NCBI GenBank assembly: GCA_966077345.1
Contig: CBHREK010000010.1
Span: forward strand, 18,877-82,876
From: an uncultured Duganella sp.
GTDB lineage: Bacteria; Pseudomonadota; Gammaproteobacteria; Burkholderiales; Burkholderiaceae_D
Reading direction: 5' to 3'
Length of the DNA stretch: 64,000 bases
Position 1 is the first letter of the stretch, and the number at the start of each line of letters is the position of its first letter. Position numbers and translations under genes: made by a program. The notes beneath the pieces are model-generated. The model saw only the letters and a program-made list of their open reading frames with translations. It ran no database searches and was not told the DNA's origin. Shown piece by piece: positions 52,639 through 62,358 of the stretch.

Positions 52639-53736
52639 ATGACAGCTGCCGTGAGGGGTTTTCTGAAACGAGGATGGTATGCCGCAGCATTTGCTTCCCT
52701 GGCTATGGGATCCTGGAGCGGAATGGCGGAAGCCTCCGACCAGGGCAGCGTATCAGCGTATGGCCGGATTGCCGGTGGCGTTGACTACGTCTCCAATCCC
52801 AGGGATGTCAACGGGAATCCAGCCAGCATAAGCCGATATGGCAACAGCCAATGGGGCACCAGCCTGTGGGGCATCAATGGCAGGGAAGAGTTGGGCGGCG
52901 GGATCGCGGCTGTCATCAAGCTCGAAAGCGCGTTCGAAACAGGCTCCGGCCAACTGGGTGGTCCGATGTGGGGCCGCTACTCCGTGGTTGGCCTGTCCAG
53001 TAGCAAGTACGGCACAATCTGGATTGGCCGAGCCATGGCCTTGCCGGACGGCGAAGTCTACGCAATTGATCCCATGGGCATGCAGGCCACCGGCGCCCCA
53101 ACCCTTCACGGCAACCGGAGCTGGGGGCCGCGCAACAACGCGCTCACCTACAATTCGCCCGAGGTTGGCCCGATCACGTTCCGCTTGCAGGCGGCGCTGA
53201 ATGAGGCCGACTCTTCTTCAGGCCGCCTGCTCGCTGGCGTGGTTAGCTATCAGGGACGGGGATTACTCCTGAAAGCCCTATACGAAGAAATTCGCGACCG
53301 CCAAGGAAATTTCTCCAACCTGTACAGCACGTCGCGCCTGGCGACGCTGGGCGTAACTTACGACTTTGGGGACTTCAAGCTGTTCCTGGCCCAAAGCCGG
53401 ATGCGAAGCGACAGGGCCGTCGATGCCGACGCCGAAAATCCATTTGCAGCGACGCGGCAGCATACAACCTGGATCGGGGCGAACTACCGCCTGACGCCAG
53501 CCCTCACCCTGATCGGGGGTGCTTATCGAGCCGTGACCGATGTCGATGGCGATACCGGTACGCTGGTCGCGGTCGGCGCAAACTATTCGCTGTCGAAGCA
53601 CACCATGTTGTTTGTAACCACGGGCCGCGTGCGGAACGGCGTCAATGGTGTGTTCCCGGTCGAAGCAAATGCCGGTCGCCCGCGCGTAGGGGTTCACCAG
53701 CGAAATGCCTACGCTGGTATGATTTACTGGTTCTGA
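52639..53736 (+). CDS. Gram-negative general porin
   Basis: YGRI..GVDY, SLWGINGREELGGG, LESAF, YSLSKHT, C-terminal Phe. Confidence 0.82.
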   Translation: MTAAVRGFLKRGWYAAAFASLAMGSWSGMAEASDQGSVSAYGRIAGGVDYVSNPRDVNGNPASISRYGNSQWGTSLWGINGREELGGGIAAVIKLESAFETGSGQLGGPMWGRYSVVGLSSSKYGTIWIGRAMALPDGEVYAIDPMGMQATGAPTLHGNRSWGPRNNALTYNSPEVGPITFRLQAALNEADSSSGRLLAGVVSYQGRGLLLKALYEEIRDRQGNFSNLYSTSRLATLGVTYDFGDFKLFLAQSRMRSDRAVDADAENPFAATRQHTTWIGANYRLTPALTLIGGAYRAVTDVDGDTGTLVAVGANYSLSKHTMLFVTTGRVRNGVNGVFPVEANAGRPRVGVHQRNAYAGMIYWF

Positions 53737-53764
53737 TGGACGCCCAAAAGAATTAGGAGCAAGC

Positions 53765-54697
53765 TTGGATAATCGCAGCGGGGAAATGCAGGTTTTTGCA
53801 AAAGTGGTGGAAACAGGAGGGTTCTCCGCAGCGGCCGAACTGCTGAACATGTCGCCGTCGGCGGTCAGCAAACTTGTCTCGCGGACGGAAGCGCGCCTGG
53901 GCGTGCAGTTGTTCAAACGCTCCACCCGCAGCATGACCCTGACGCCTGAAGGCCGCGAATTCTACGGCAACTGCGCCCGCATCCTGCAGGACATCGAAGA
54001 TGCCGAACTCAGTGTGACGAAAGGCTTCGCCCAGGTGCGCGGCCTGCTTCGTGTGAACGCCTCGCTCCCTTTCGGCCAGCATTACCTCGTGCCGTTGCTG
54101 GAGGAATTCAATGCGCAGTATCCGGAGATCAGGATCGACATATCGCTGACGGATTCCAAGGTCGAGCTCCAGCGCGATGAAGTCGACGTCGCCATCCGCA
54201 TGGGGCCTCTGCACGACGCGACCTTCCGCGCTCGCAAGTTGGGCAGCAGCAGGAAGGTCGTGGTCGCGGCGCCATCCTACCTGAAGAAGCATCCTGCACC
54301 GCAGGCCCCTGCGGAGCTGCAGGAGCATAACTGCCTCAATTTCAATTTCCGTAGGTCGCTTGATGAATGGCCGTTCGTGGTCGATGGAAAACTGGTGCAT
54401 CTCGCCGTTGATGGCGAGATGCAAACCAACAATGGCGAGACGATGCGGCAACTCACCTTGCAGGGCTTGGGCGTGAGCCGCTTGGGCATGTTCCACATCT
54501 TCGACGACATCCAGCGAGGTGACCTGGTCGAATTGCTCCCCCAGTACAACGCTGGCGATATTGAGGAGATCTCCATCATCTACCTGAATCAGAAGCACAT
54601 CCCGCCGCGAGTGAGGGTTTTCATCGATTTCGTCGTTGAAAAGCTGTCGCCAATACTTGTGCTCAAAGGGGATGTCGACGCATCGGTGAAAGCTTAA
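53765..54697 (+). CDS. LysR family regulator (DmlR/CrgA type)
   Basis: FAKVVETGGFSAAA..SPSAVSK, RSTRSMTLTPEG, DVAIRMG. Confidence 0.92.
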   Translation: MDNRSGEMQVFAKVVETGGFSAAAELLNMSPSAVSKLVSRTEARLGVQLFKRSTRSMTLTPEGREFYGNCARILQDIEDAELSVTKGFAQVRGLLRVNASLPFGQHYLVPLLEEFNAQYPEIRIDISLTDSKVELQRDEVDVAIRMGPLHDATFRARKLGSSRKVVVAAPSYLKKHPAPQAPAELQEHNCLNFNFRRSLDEWPFVVDGKLVHLAVDGEMQTNNGETMRQLTLQGLGVSRLGMFHIFDDIQRGDLVELLPQYNAGDIEEISIIYLNQKHIPPRVRVFIDFVVEKLSPILVLKGDVDASVKA

Positions 54698-55359
54698 CTG
54701 CGCTTCATGCTCAGCTCAACATCGCCGGGCAACGGCAGGGACAGGTAGTTGCCGTCCGGCTCGCGCACCACCGACATGTACTCAGGGCAGTAATCCGCAT
54801 TGTCGGCGATGATCAGCGCGCCGGGACGCAGGCGGTGTTCTACCAGGCGCAGGATGTCGAAGTACAGGCCTTTGGCGCCATCAAGCAGCAGCAGGTCAAT
54901 CTGTTCCGGCAAGCCGGCGCGCAGGGTTTCCAGCGCGTCGCCTTCGCGAATTTCAACCAGGTCAAGCAGGCCGCCTGCCTCAAGATTCTCGCGGGCGCGC
55001 TGTGCCTTGGATGGCTCGAACTCCGTGGTGATCAGCAGGCCGCCGCCGTTGTCGCGCAGGGCTGCTGCAAGATGCAGGGTCGAGATGCCGAACGAGGTGC
55101 CGAATTCGACGATCACGTTCGCCTTCGCATTCCGCGCCAACATGTACAGCAGCAGGCCCGTTTCGCGTGAAACCGGGATAGCGGCGTCCTTCAGGTCCGC
55201 ATAGATTTCGCGATAGCCGGTCTTGCTGCTCATGATGCGCACGCGTTCCTCCTCCGGCAGTGCGGCGAAGGCGGCGATGGCCGGCACCCGTGTGTTTTTG
55301 GATTCGTCGAACAGGCGGTTCAGCAGGGGCGCGACAGGTGCAGAAGTCAGGGTAATCAT
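54694..55359 (-). CDS. Class I SAM-dependent O-methyltransferase
   Basis: VEFGTSFGISTL, GDALETL, LLDGAK, ADNA. Confidence 0.88.
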   Translation of the reverse strand: MITLTSAPVAPLLNRLFDESKNTRVPAIAAFAALPEEERVRIMSSKTGYREIYADLKDAAIPVSRETGLLLYMLARNAKANVIVEFGTSFGISTLHLAAALRDNGGGLLITTEFEPSKAQRARENLEAGGLLDLVEIREGDALETLRAGLPEQIDLLLLDGAKGLYFDILRLVEHRLRPGALIIADNADYCPEYMSVVREPDGNYLSLPLPGDVELSMKRS

Positions 55360-55440
55360 GGGGGTATTCCTTTCTTGTGTAAGAGCAGGAATAATATGAA
55401 TAATCCTTCACATTTCATATTCGCGTTCCCAGGACCAGCC

Positions 55441-56118
55441 ATGAGCGATACCAAAAACGCCCGTGTTTACTCGCGAAGAATGCCAAAACAGGCCCGCTCG
55501 AATGACCTTGTCAGCGCGATCCTGCAGGCAGCTATTCAGGTTTTGGCAAAGGAAGGCGCCCGCCGCTTCACCACGACGCGAGTGGCGGAGCGTGCGGGGG
55601 TGAGCGTAGGCTCGATCTACCAGTACTTTCCCAATAAGGCTTCGATCCTGTTCCGTCTGCAAAGCGACGAGTGGCAGCAAACTTCGGCCATGCTCTCGGA
55701 AATCCTGCAGGATGCAGCGAAGCCGCCGCTGGAGCGCTTGCGTAAGCTGGTGCATGCCTTCGTGCGCTCTGAATGTGAAGAAGCGGCGGTGCGCACGGCC
55801 CTGAACGATGCGGCGCCGCTTTATCGGGACGCCCCGGAGGCCATCGAAACCAAAGCCTCCGGCGACCGGATGTTCCGCACCTTCATCGACCAGGTTCTGC
55901 CCAATGCCACCAGTGCGGAGCGCAACTTGGCCAGCGACCTGGTGATGGATACGCTCAGCGCCGTCGGCCAGCAGTTTTCCCAGGAGCCCCGTACTGACAA
56001 GGAGATCAAGGCTTATGCAGGCGGCCTGGCCGATATGCTGTGCGCATACCTGGCCGGGCTGGCAGGTCAGAACACTGCGCGCAAAGTCAAACGCACCGTG
56101 CGTGGTTCACCGGGGTGA
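55441..56118 (+). CDS. TetR family regulator
   Basis: FTTTRVAERAGVSVGSIYQYFPNK. Confidence 0.9.
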   Translation: MSDTKNARVYSRRMPKQARSNDLVSAILQAAIQVLAKEGARRFTTTRVAERAGVSVGSIYQYFPNKASILFRLQSDEWQQTSAMLSEILQDAAKPPLERLRKLVHAFVRSECEEAAVRTALNDAAPLYRDAPEAIETKASGDRMFRTFIDQVLPNATSAERNLASDLVMDTLSAVGQQFSQEPRTDKEIKAYAGGLADMLCAYLAGLAGQNTARKVKRTVRGSPG

Positions 56119-58112
56119 AAGTGGATGTCGGAAACGCCTTCCGCCGGCTCGCCTGCGAGGCGTGAGGCGTAGTAGTAATCGACATCGCTTGCCTTGCGGT
56201 CAAACAGGTTGAACACATCGGCCGTCAACTGCCAGCGGCGGTTGAAGCGATACGTGGCGCGCAGGTAGGCAAGCGCCGTGCTGGACGAGCGAACGCTGTT
56301 GTCTTCCACCAGTGGCCGTGGGCCGAAATAGCGAAGCTGGAATGCGCCGGACCATGGACCGATGTCGTTCAGCGTTGCGCCAAACGAAGCCACCTTTTCG
56401 ACAGCGCCCGGCACACGGTCGCCAGCGGTGTCGAACTCCGTGTAGCGTGCACGCGAATAGGCCAGGTCGAAGTCCAGCAGCAGGTGCTTGGTCGCGGCGT
56501 AGTGGTTGTTCCACTCGATGCCGGAACGCTTGCTGGCGCGGCTTGGCGCCGTGTCGCCGGCATCGCCGGAAAACACCAGTTCGGACCCGGAACGCAGGCG
56601 CCACAGCGCGACCGAGCTCTGCAGGCCGCTCACGAACTCGCTGCGGGCGCCGATTTCCGCACCGCGCGTTTTCACCAGCGGCGTGACTGGATCGACAGGC
56701 TCACGTTCGCGTGGCGACAGGCGTGCCGTGGTACCGCGCGCATCGTTGCTGTGGAAGCCTTCTCCGTAATTCACAAAGAACTCCGTCTTGCTCCAGGGCC
56801 CGAGCACAAGCGAGATCTTGGGTGATGCAATGTGATCGTTCACCTTCCCGCTGTTCTCCGCGATCGAGCTGCCGACATTGAAGCGGTAGCTGTCGTAGCG
56901 CAGGCCGGCAATGGAGCGCAGCCAGTCCGTCCACTGCACAGTGTTCTGGAACCATGCGGCCACGCTCGCCTCGGTAACGCGCGATTCGGCGATCGGATGC
57001 CGCACTTGCTGCTGCGTCGTCGCGTACAGCCCGACCGGCGCAATGCGGTCGAAGCGCCCTTGCACGCCGATGCTGTTCTCCATCGAGCGATGGCCGAGTT
57101 GGCCGAACCACGTTTGGGTCAGGTCGAAACCCGTCATCTTGCGGCGTTCCGTCTGCAGGAACTGGTCGCCGTTGACCGGATCGTAGAGGAAGTAGGTGAC
57201 GTCGTTGTACAGCGAGAGGTCGCTGCGAACCAGGTAGGCGTGCGCCTCCGTCAGCGTATCGCCTGCGCGCTTGCGCCATTCGGCGGAAAGGCTGTAGCGC
57301 GCGGTGCGTCCGCCGTCGCTCGGATCGGCCGCACCGAATTCATCCAGCCGTCCATCCTGTACCGCGCGCAGTGGAATCTGGTTGGTTGCGTGCCAGCCGG
57401 CCTTGTACGCCATGCCGGTAATGCTGAAACGCTCCGCGCTGTTGCCCGAGCTGTATCGCAGCACACCCGTCGACTTGTGGAACGCTTCCGGCATCTGCCA
57501 AGGGCCGTCGTTGTGGCCCAGATCGAGCGCATACAGCAGGTTGCCGTTGCCAACCTCGATGGAATTCGCCACTACGCCGCGGCGATAGTTGTCCGCGCCG
57601 ACGGTCAGCGATGCAAAATTTTCGTTCAGCTTATCGGCCAGGCCCATATGCGCGGCGCCGGCCGACGCGAAATCGCCTTCGTCCGCGTAATAGGGGCCTT
57701 TGCGGTAGCGGATGCGGCCAACCAGTTCTGGAATCAGGAAATTCAGGTCCGTATAGCCCTGGCCGTGGCCGTGCGTGCGCATATTGACCGGCATGCCGTC
57801 GACGAAGGTGGCGAAGTCGGTGCCATGATCCAGGTTGAAGCCGCGCAGGTAGTACTGGTTCGCCTTGCCGTCGCCGCTGTGCTGGGTGACGATCATGCCC
57901 GGCACGAATTCAAGGATCTCGCCGGGCCGCAATGCAGGCCGGTTGGCGATCAGTGCCGAGGTGATGGTTCCTTCGCTGGCTGCGTCGGAAGTGCGAATGC
58001 CATTGTCATAGTGGTGGCCAACGACGTACACCCTGGCTGGTGTCTCTTGCTCTTGTGCCTGCGCGACAGCGCACAAGGCCCCCGCGATCACGGGGATCAG
58101 TTTCTTTTTCAT
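56067..58112 (-). CDS. TonB-dependent receptor under cobalamin riboswitch control
   Basis: Signal peptide; plug GMIVTQHSGDGKANQYYLRGFNLDHGTDF; C-terminal PGEPRTVRLTLRAVF; start at 58112. Confidence 0.9.
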   Translation of the reverse strand: MKKKLIPVIAGALCAVAQAQEQETPARVYVVGHHYDNGIRTSDAASEGTITSALIANRPALRPGEILEFVPGMIVTQHSGDGKANQYYLRGFNLDHGTDFATFVDGMPVNMRTHGHGQGYTDLNFLIPELVGRIRYRKGPYYADEGDFASAGAAHMGLADKLNENFASLTVGADNYRRGVVANSIEVGNGNLLYALDLGHNDGPWQMPEAFHKSTGVLRYSSGNSAERFSITGMAYKAGWHATNQIPLRAVQDGRLDEFGAADPSDGGRTARYSLSAEWRKRAGDTLTEAHAYLVRSDLSLYNDVTYFLYDPVNGDQFLQTERRKMTGFDLTQTWFGQLGHRSMENSIGVQGRFDRIAPVGLYATTQQQVRHPIAESRVTEASVAAWFQNTVQWTDWLRSIAGLRYDSYRFNVGSSIAENSGKVNDHIASPKISLVLGPWSKTEFFVNYGEGFHSNDARGTTARLSPREREPVDPVTPLVKTRGAEIGARSEFVSGLQSSVALWRLRSGSELVFSGDAGDTAPSRASKRSGIEWNNHYAATKHLLLDFDLAYSRARYTEFDTAGDRVPGAVEKVASFGATLNDIGPWSGAFQLRYFGPRPLVEDNSVRSSSTALAYLRATYRFNRRWQLTADVFNLFDRKASDVDYYYASRLAGEPAEGVSDIHFHPGEPRTVRLTLRAVF

Positions 58113-58195
58113 TATGGATGTTTGAATCGGCAATCCCGCCCACCTCCCCGTGAGCGCGACCGAACAGCGCGCGCATCGTCGCCGATGCGTGCACC

Positions 58196-58402
58196 ACCTG
58201 TCTGGCCGGTATCCGGGCTGGCAAGGCAAACCGTCTTGCCTTCCCATGCTTGCGCACAGTGGCTTGTGTAGACGGCCTTCGTTGGAGAACGATGCTTGCT
58301 TACCGTTGCGGGGGCAGCACACCCTGGCCTGCCGGCTGAACCAGCACGGCCATGTGTTTCCCGTTTAACTGCACGCTTGAACGCGCGCGAGGCACCAAAC
58401 GG
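58196..58402 (-). ncRNA. Cobalamin (AdoCbl) riboswitch
   Basis: Minus strand reads GGTGCC..TTAAACGGGAA..GTGCTGCCCCCGCAACGGTAAG..GCCACTG..GGGAAG..GCCAGCCCGGATACCGGCC; perfect TATAAT at 58413-58408 just upstream. Confidence 0.92.
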
Positions 58403-58415
58403 CGGCGATTATACG

Positions 58416-59081
58416 CTATGCACTGTTGTTATCCTGCCACCGGTCGGTATAAACCAGGTCGGCCAGTTTGCCGCGCATGGCCCATCCCTCGAGTTCCAGC
58501 ATCGGCTTGGGATAAAAGCCGGCGACGTGGCCCAGGCAGATGATGGCGACCGGCTTGCCGCCAGCGGGGATGCCCAGCAAGGCCGCCAGCTTGAGCGGGT
58601 CGAACAGCGACACCCAGCCCATGCCCAGGCCTTCCGCACGGGCGGCCAGCCACATGTTCTGGATAGCGCAGGCGACCGAGGCCAGGTCCATTTCAGGCAA
58701 GGTACGGCGGCCGAAGATATGCTTTTCGCGATGGTCCATCAGGGCCGCCACCAGCACTTCGCCGCAGTCGCGGATGCCTTCGACCTTCAGGCGCATGAAC
58801 TCCTCGTTGCGGTCGCCGAGAGCGGCCCCGGTGGCCTGGCGCTCCTCGTCGACCAGCCGATACATCTGCTCGCGCAGCTCGGGGCTCTGGATGCGGATGA
58901 AGCGCCAGGGCTGCATCAGTCCGACACTGGGCGCCTGGTGGGCCGCCGCCAACAGGCGCATGAGGAGGTCTTCATCGATTGCACCGGGTACGAAGTGGCG
59001 CACGTCGCGCCGTTCGGCAATCACACGATAAACGGCATCAATCGCTGCCTGGTCAAAACTGCTTTGCACTTCTACTCTCAC
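58416..59081 (-). CDS. bluB: 5,6-dimethylbenzimidazole synthase
   Basis: RRDVRHF, AHQAPSVGLMQPWRF, LKVEGI, GRRTLPEMDLAS. Confidence 0.95.
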   Translation of the reverse strand: MRVEVQSSFDQAAIDAVYRVIAERRDVRHFVPGAIDEDLLMRLLAAAHQAPSVGLMQPWRFIRIQSPELREQMYRLVDEERQATGAALGDRNEEFMRLKVEGIRDCGEVLVAALMDHREKHIFGRRTLPEMDLASVACAIQNMWLAARAEGLGMGWVSLFDPLKLAALLGIPAGGKPVAIICLGHVAGFYPKPMLELEGWAMRGKLADLVYTDRWQDNNSA

Positions 59082-59410
59082 TGTTGATGGAACACGATTT
59101 CCTCAACGGCCTGCCCATTGCACAGGTGTTGGTCGATGATGCGGTCCATGTTCTCGGGAGTGACATTGTAGTACCAGGTGCCGTCCGGCTGGACGCAGGC
59201 GATCGGGCCGCCCTTGCAGGCCGCGAAGCAGCTTACCCGGCTGCGTTTCACGCGCAGCTCGCCTTCGTTCAAGCCGGCTGCCTTGAATTTGTCGCCCAGG
59301 CTGTCGAACAGGGCCTGCGACTGGCCGTCGGCAGTGCAGCGCGGGCCGGTGCAAATCAGCAGGTGGCGGTGGTAGCTGCTGATCTTTGGCTTTACCGGGG
59401 TATCGCTCAT
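59078..59410 (-). CDS. Thioredoxin-like [2Fe-2S] ferredoxin (CbiW-like)
   Basis: ICTGPRC..SCFAACKGGP..QPDGTWY. Confidence 0.85.
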   Translation of the reverse strand: MSDTPVKPKISSYHRHLLICTGPRCTADGQSQALFDSLGDKFKAAGLNEGELRVKRSRVSCFAACKGGPIACVQPDGTWYYNVTPENMDRIIDQHLCNGQAVEEIVFHQQ

Positions 59411-60408
59411 GCTTCGCTCCCTTCCGCTTCGGTGCTCGTCTCGGCTTCCCACGGTTCGTCGAGCGTGGCGCAAATATAGTCGGCGGGCAGGCGGTGCTGT
59501 GCAGCCAGTTCTTCAATGCTGGCGCCGGCTTCGTGTTCGGCGCGCAGCGTATCGAGCCATCCCAGCAGGCCTGTCGACAGGGAACGGCCTGCACGTTCGC
59601 CTTCGCGCGTCGCGCCACCCTCTTGCATGTCGTACTTGTTGGCGTAGCCGCGCGGCGTCACCATCAGGCCGTCGCGCACGAAAGTATTGCTGTTGCCGAT
59701 CAGGACGGTGCTGAGCATGCCGATGTCGGCGTCGGCCATGCTGTCCAGCGTGGTGAACACGATGTTCTCGCGGCGGCGGTAGGCGCTCTTGACGATGGCC
59801 ACCGGCGTGTCGGCACGGCGGTGACGCAGGAACAGTCGCTGTGCTTCGACGATCTGGCGTGTGCGGCGGCCGCTTTTCGGGTTGTACAGTGCCACCACGA
59901 AGTCGGCCATCGCGACAGCATCCAGGCGGCGGGCAATCGTTGGCCAGGGCGTCAGCAGGTCGGACAGCGAAATCGCGCAGAAGTCGTGGGTCAGCGGTGC
60001 GCCGACCAGCGCTGCGCAGCTGTTCAGGGCCGATGCGCCGGGGATGATCTCCACCTGCACCGGGTCTTCCGGGGTCCAGCCGGACTGGAACAGCACTTCG
60101 TAGGTTGGGCCGGCCATGCCGTACACGCCGGCGTCGCCGGAGGAGATCAGGGCCACCTTCTTGCCGGCGCGCGCGGCTTCCAGTGCGCTGACGGCGCGGT
60201 CCAGTTCTTCCGTCATCGATTTGCGGATGATCTCTTTCCCCTCAATGAGGTCTGCCACCAGCTTGATGTAGGTGACGTAGCCGATCACCACGTCCGCTTC
60301 GGCGATGGCGTCGCGGGCGCGTTGTGTCATGTGGTCCACGCTGCCGGGACCAATCCCGACCAGCATGATCTTGCCCGCGGCAGCGGGTCGTTCGAATGGA
60401 GCGTTCAT
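59407..60408 (-). CDS. cbiH: Precorrin-3B C17-methyltransferase
   Basis: VGIGPG, ISSGDAGVYGMA, HDFCAISLSDLLTPW, YNPKS, VTPRGY (CobJ/CbiH family). Confidence 0.93.
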   Translation of the reverse strand: MNAPFERPAAAGKIMLVGIGPGSVDHMTQRARDAIAEADVVIGYVTYIKLVADLIEGKEIIRKSMTEELDRAVSALEAARAGKKVALISSGDAGVYGMAGPTYEVLFQSGWTPEDPVQVEIIPGASALNSCAALVGAPLTHDFCAISLSDLLTPWPTIARRLDAVAMADFVVALYNPKSGRRTRQIVEAQRLFLRHRRADTPVAIVKSAYRRRENIVFTTLDSMADADIGMLSTVLIGNSNTFVRDGLMVTPRGYANKYDMQEGGATREGERAGRSLSTGLLGWLDTLRAEHEAGASIEELAAQHRLPADYICATLDEPWEAETSTEAEGSEA

Positions 60409-60809
60409 GGATTCTTCCTTGCGATTGAGACGGTGACGTTGCGATTGTCCACGCCTCGGAGTTTGAATTTTTCGACTACCAGGGCGGTCATTGGCGTGCC
60501 TGGGCCAGCTGCCAGCAGGGCGGCAGCCTCGCTTACCGATGGCGTGCCGGTGTAGCGGCGCACTGTTTCTGAAGGATTCGGTACCGGAACGGCCGCCAAT
60601 TCTTCCGGTGCGTAGAAGTGCAGCGGCCAGCCATTTTCTTCGGCGAAGGCGAGCAAAGCCTCTTCATCGCGCTTCAGCGTGATGCTCGCGGCGGCGATTA
60701 CCTGCCCGGTCTGGGCTCCGGCCTCGCGCAGCGCTGCATGCACGGCCTCACGCACCGTTTGCAGCATGGCGCCACGGTCGCAACCAAGGCCGATAGTGAA
60801 TGTGCTCAC
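60405..60809 (-). CDS. CbiG C-terminal/CobE-like protein
   Basis: IGLGCDRG, KRDEEAL, GTPSVSEAAAL, VTVSIA; GTG start at 60809. Confidence 0.85.
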   Translation of the reverse strand: MSTFTIGLGCDRGAMLQTVREAVHAALREAGAQTGQVIAAASITLKRDEEALLAFAEENGWPLHFYAPEELAAVPVPNPSETVRRYTGTPSVSEAAALLAAGPGTPMTALVVEKFKLRGVDNRNVTVSIARKNP

Positions 60810-61570
60810 GCTGCACCGTCCAGCGGCGGGCGATACACCACCAGTCGTTCGTGGAGGGCGTTCCAGCGTTCTTCCGGCACTTCGGCATGGGTTACCCACA
60901 GCAGCGCGGTGTAGCGCTCCAGCAGGACGTCGTCGAAGTGCTTGAAGAAGTGGATGTTGTCTGGCAGCGGCGTCGGCCGGGTCCACCAGTCCGGGCTGCC
61001 CGCCTCCTGTATGAAGGCGATCGGTTCGCCGTTCACGACATGTGCCGAGACTCGCGTGATGTTGATCTTGGGCGCTTCCACGCGCCAGCCGAGGTGCCGG
61101 CCAAGGATATCGACCGGAATGGTGCGTCCGACGTCCGACGCTGTGGTCAGCACCGGTGCTGCGCCCAGCAGGTCGGCCACGCGCTCGCTCCATTCGTTGG
61201 CGCCACCGACGTGGCCGGACAGCACCGGAATCACATACTGGCCTGCGTCGTCGACCACGATCACGCCGGGGTCTTCGTCCTTGCTGCGCAGGTGGGGTGC
61301 GATCAGGCGCACCACGGCGCCCAGGGACACGAAGAACACGATCTGGTCGTAGCCTTCAAACAAGGGGCCGATTTCATCGCGCAGCGCGCCGTCGTAGGCG
61401 CGTACCGCATTCGGCAGGCCGGAAAATTGCGCCGCGAACTTGGCGGAAGTGCAGATGTCGGCGCTGGGCAGGTCGGCGGCCAGGCGTGCAGCCTGCGCCG
61501 CGCCGTGCTTCGTGATGGCTACCAGGCATAAGCGCGGCGCCGCTGTGTCGACAATTGATAAGCTGCTCAT
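60806..61570 (-). CDS. cbiG: Cobalt-precorrin-5A hydrolase N-terminal part
   Basis: GAVVRLIAPHL.SKDEDPGVIVVD, LSGHVGGAN, TTASD. Confidence 0.9.
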   Translation of the reverse strand: MSSLSIVDTAAPRLCLVAITKHGAAQAARLAADLPSADICTSAKFAAQFSGLPNAVRAYDGALRDEIGPLFEGYDQIVFFVSLGAVVRLIAPHLRSKDEDPGVIVVDDAGQYVIPVLSGHVGGANEWSERVADLLGAAPVLTTASDVGRTIPVDILGRHLGWRVEAPKINITRVSAHVVNGEPIAFIQEAGSPDWWTRPTPLPDNIHFFKHFDDVLLERYTALLWVTHAEVPEERWNALHERLVVYRPPLDGAA

Positions 61571-62358
61571 GCAGTCTCCAGGGTTAATGGTTGAGGGCCG
61601 GCCTTCTTGAGGCATCCTTTGATGCGTTCACCGCGAATGCGCTGTCCGTGCTTGACGATCAGCAGCGACAGGTAGCTGACTTTGGTGTCCCGCAGCGCCA
61701 GGATTTCGGCTCCGCTGAAGCGGCGCTCGTCCGGGGCGCCGACACGTTCAATGAAGTGCGCGCCCTCCAGCAAGTCCTTGCGCTCAAGCCAGTCGATCAG
61801 TTCATCGAGCAGGGGCTTCACCTTCATCAGCACCAGGGTGTCGAAGTCCGGCAACAGGCGGTCGATGGCGCTGACGCCATAGGCTGCCGGCACAATGGCG
61901 ACCGTGTCATCCTGTTCTGCGAACGGCATCGGCACTTCGGCGCAGGCGGCAGTGAAGGCGTTGACGCCGGCGATGACCTGCACCGGTACCTGTTCATCCA
62001 ATGCACGCACAGTGCGCGCCAGGTGGCCGAAGGTGGCGTAGGTGCTGGCGTCTCCTTCGACAAGGAACAGCACGTCGCGGCCCGCGCGAAGCCAGGGCAA
62101 CACCGTCTCGGCGGCCTTCATCCAGGCCCGCGCGAGCTTTTCGCCGTCGTGCGTCATGGGGAACAGCAGCAATTCATGCTTGTCGGGCGGCGCAAGGCCG
62201 GCCCGTTGCACGATGTCGAATGCGTAGCTTGGCGTCTTGCCGCTACGGGCCGGATAGACCCAGATCGCATCGCGCCGCTGCAGCGCTTCCCAGGCGGATC
62301 GAGTGATCAGGCCCGGGTCGCCGGGGCCAAGGGAGATCCCCCACAAGGTACCGCTCAT
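61567..62358 (-). CDS. cbiL: Precorrin-2 C20-methyltransferase
   Basis: GISLGPGDPGLIT, LLFPMT, EGDASTYATF, VLMKV (CobI/CbiL family). Confidence 0.92.
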   Translation of the reverse strand: MSGTLWGISLGPGDPGLITRSAWEALQRRDAIWVYPARSGKTPSYAFDIVQRAGLAPPDKHELLLFPMTHDGEKLARAWMKAAETVLPWLRAGRDVLFLVEGDASTYATFGHLARTVRALDEQVPVQVIAGVNAFTAACAEVPMPFAEQDDTVAIVPAAYGVSAIDRLLPDFDTLVLMKVKPLLDELIDWLERKDLLEGAHFIERVGAPDERRFSGAEILALRDTKVSYLSLLIVKHGQRIRGERIKGCLKKAGPQPLTLETA

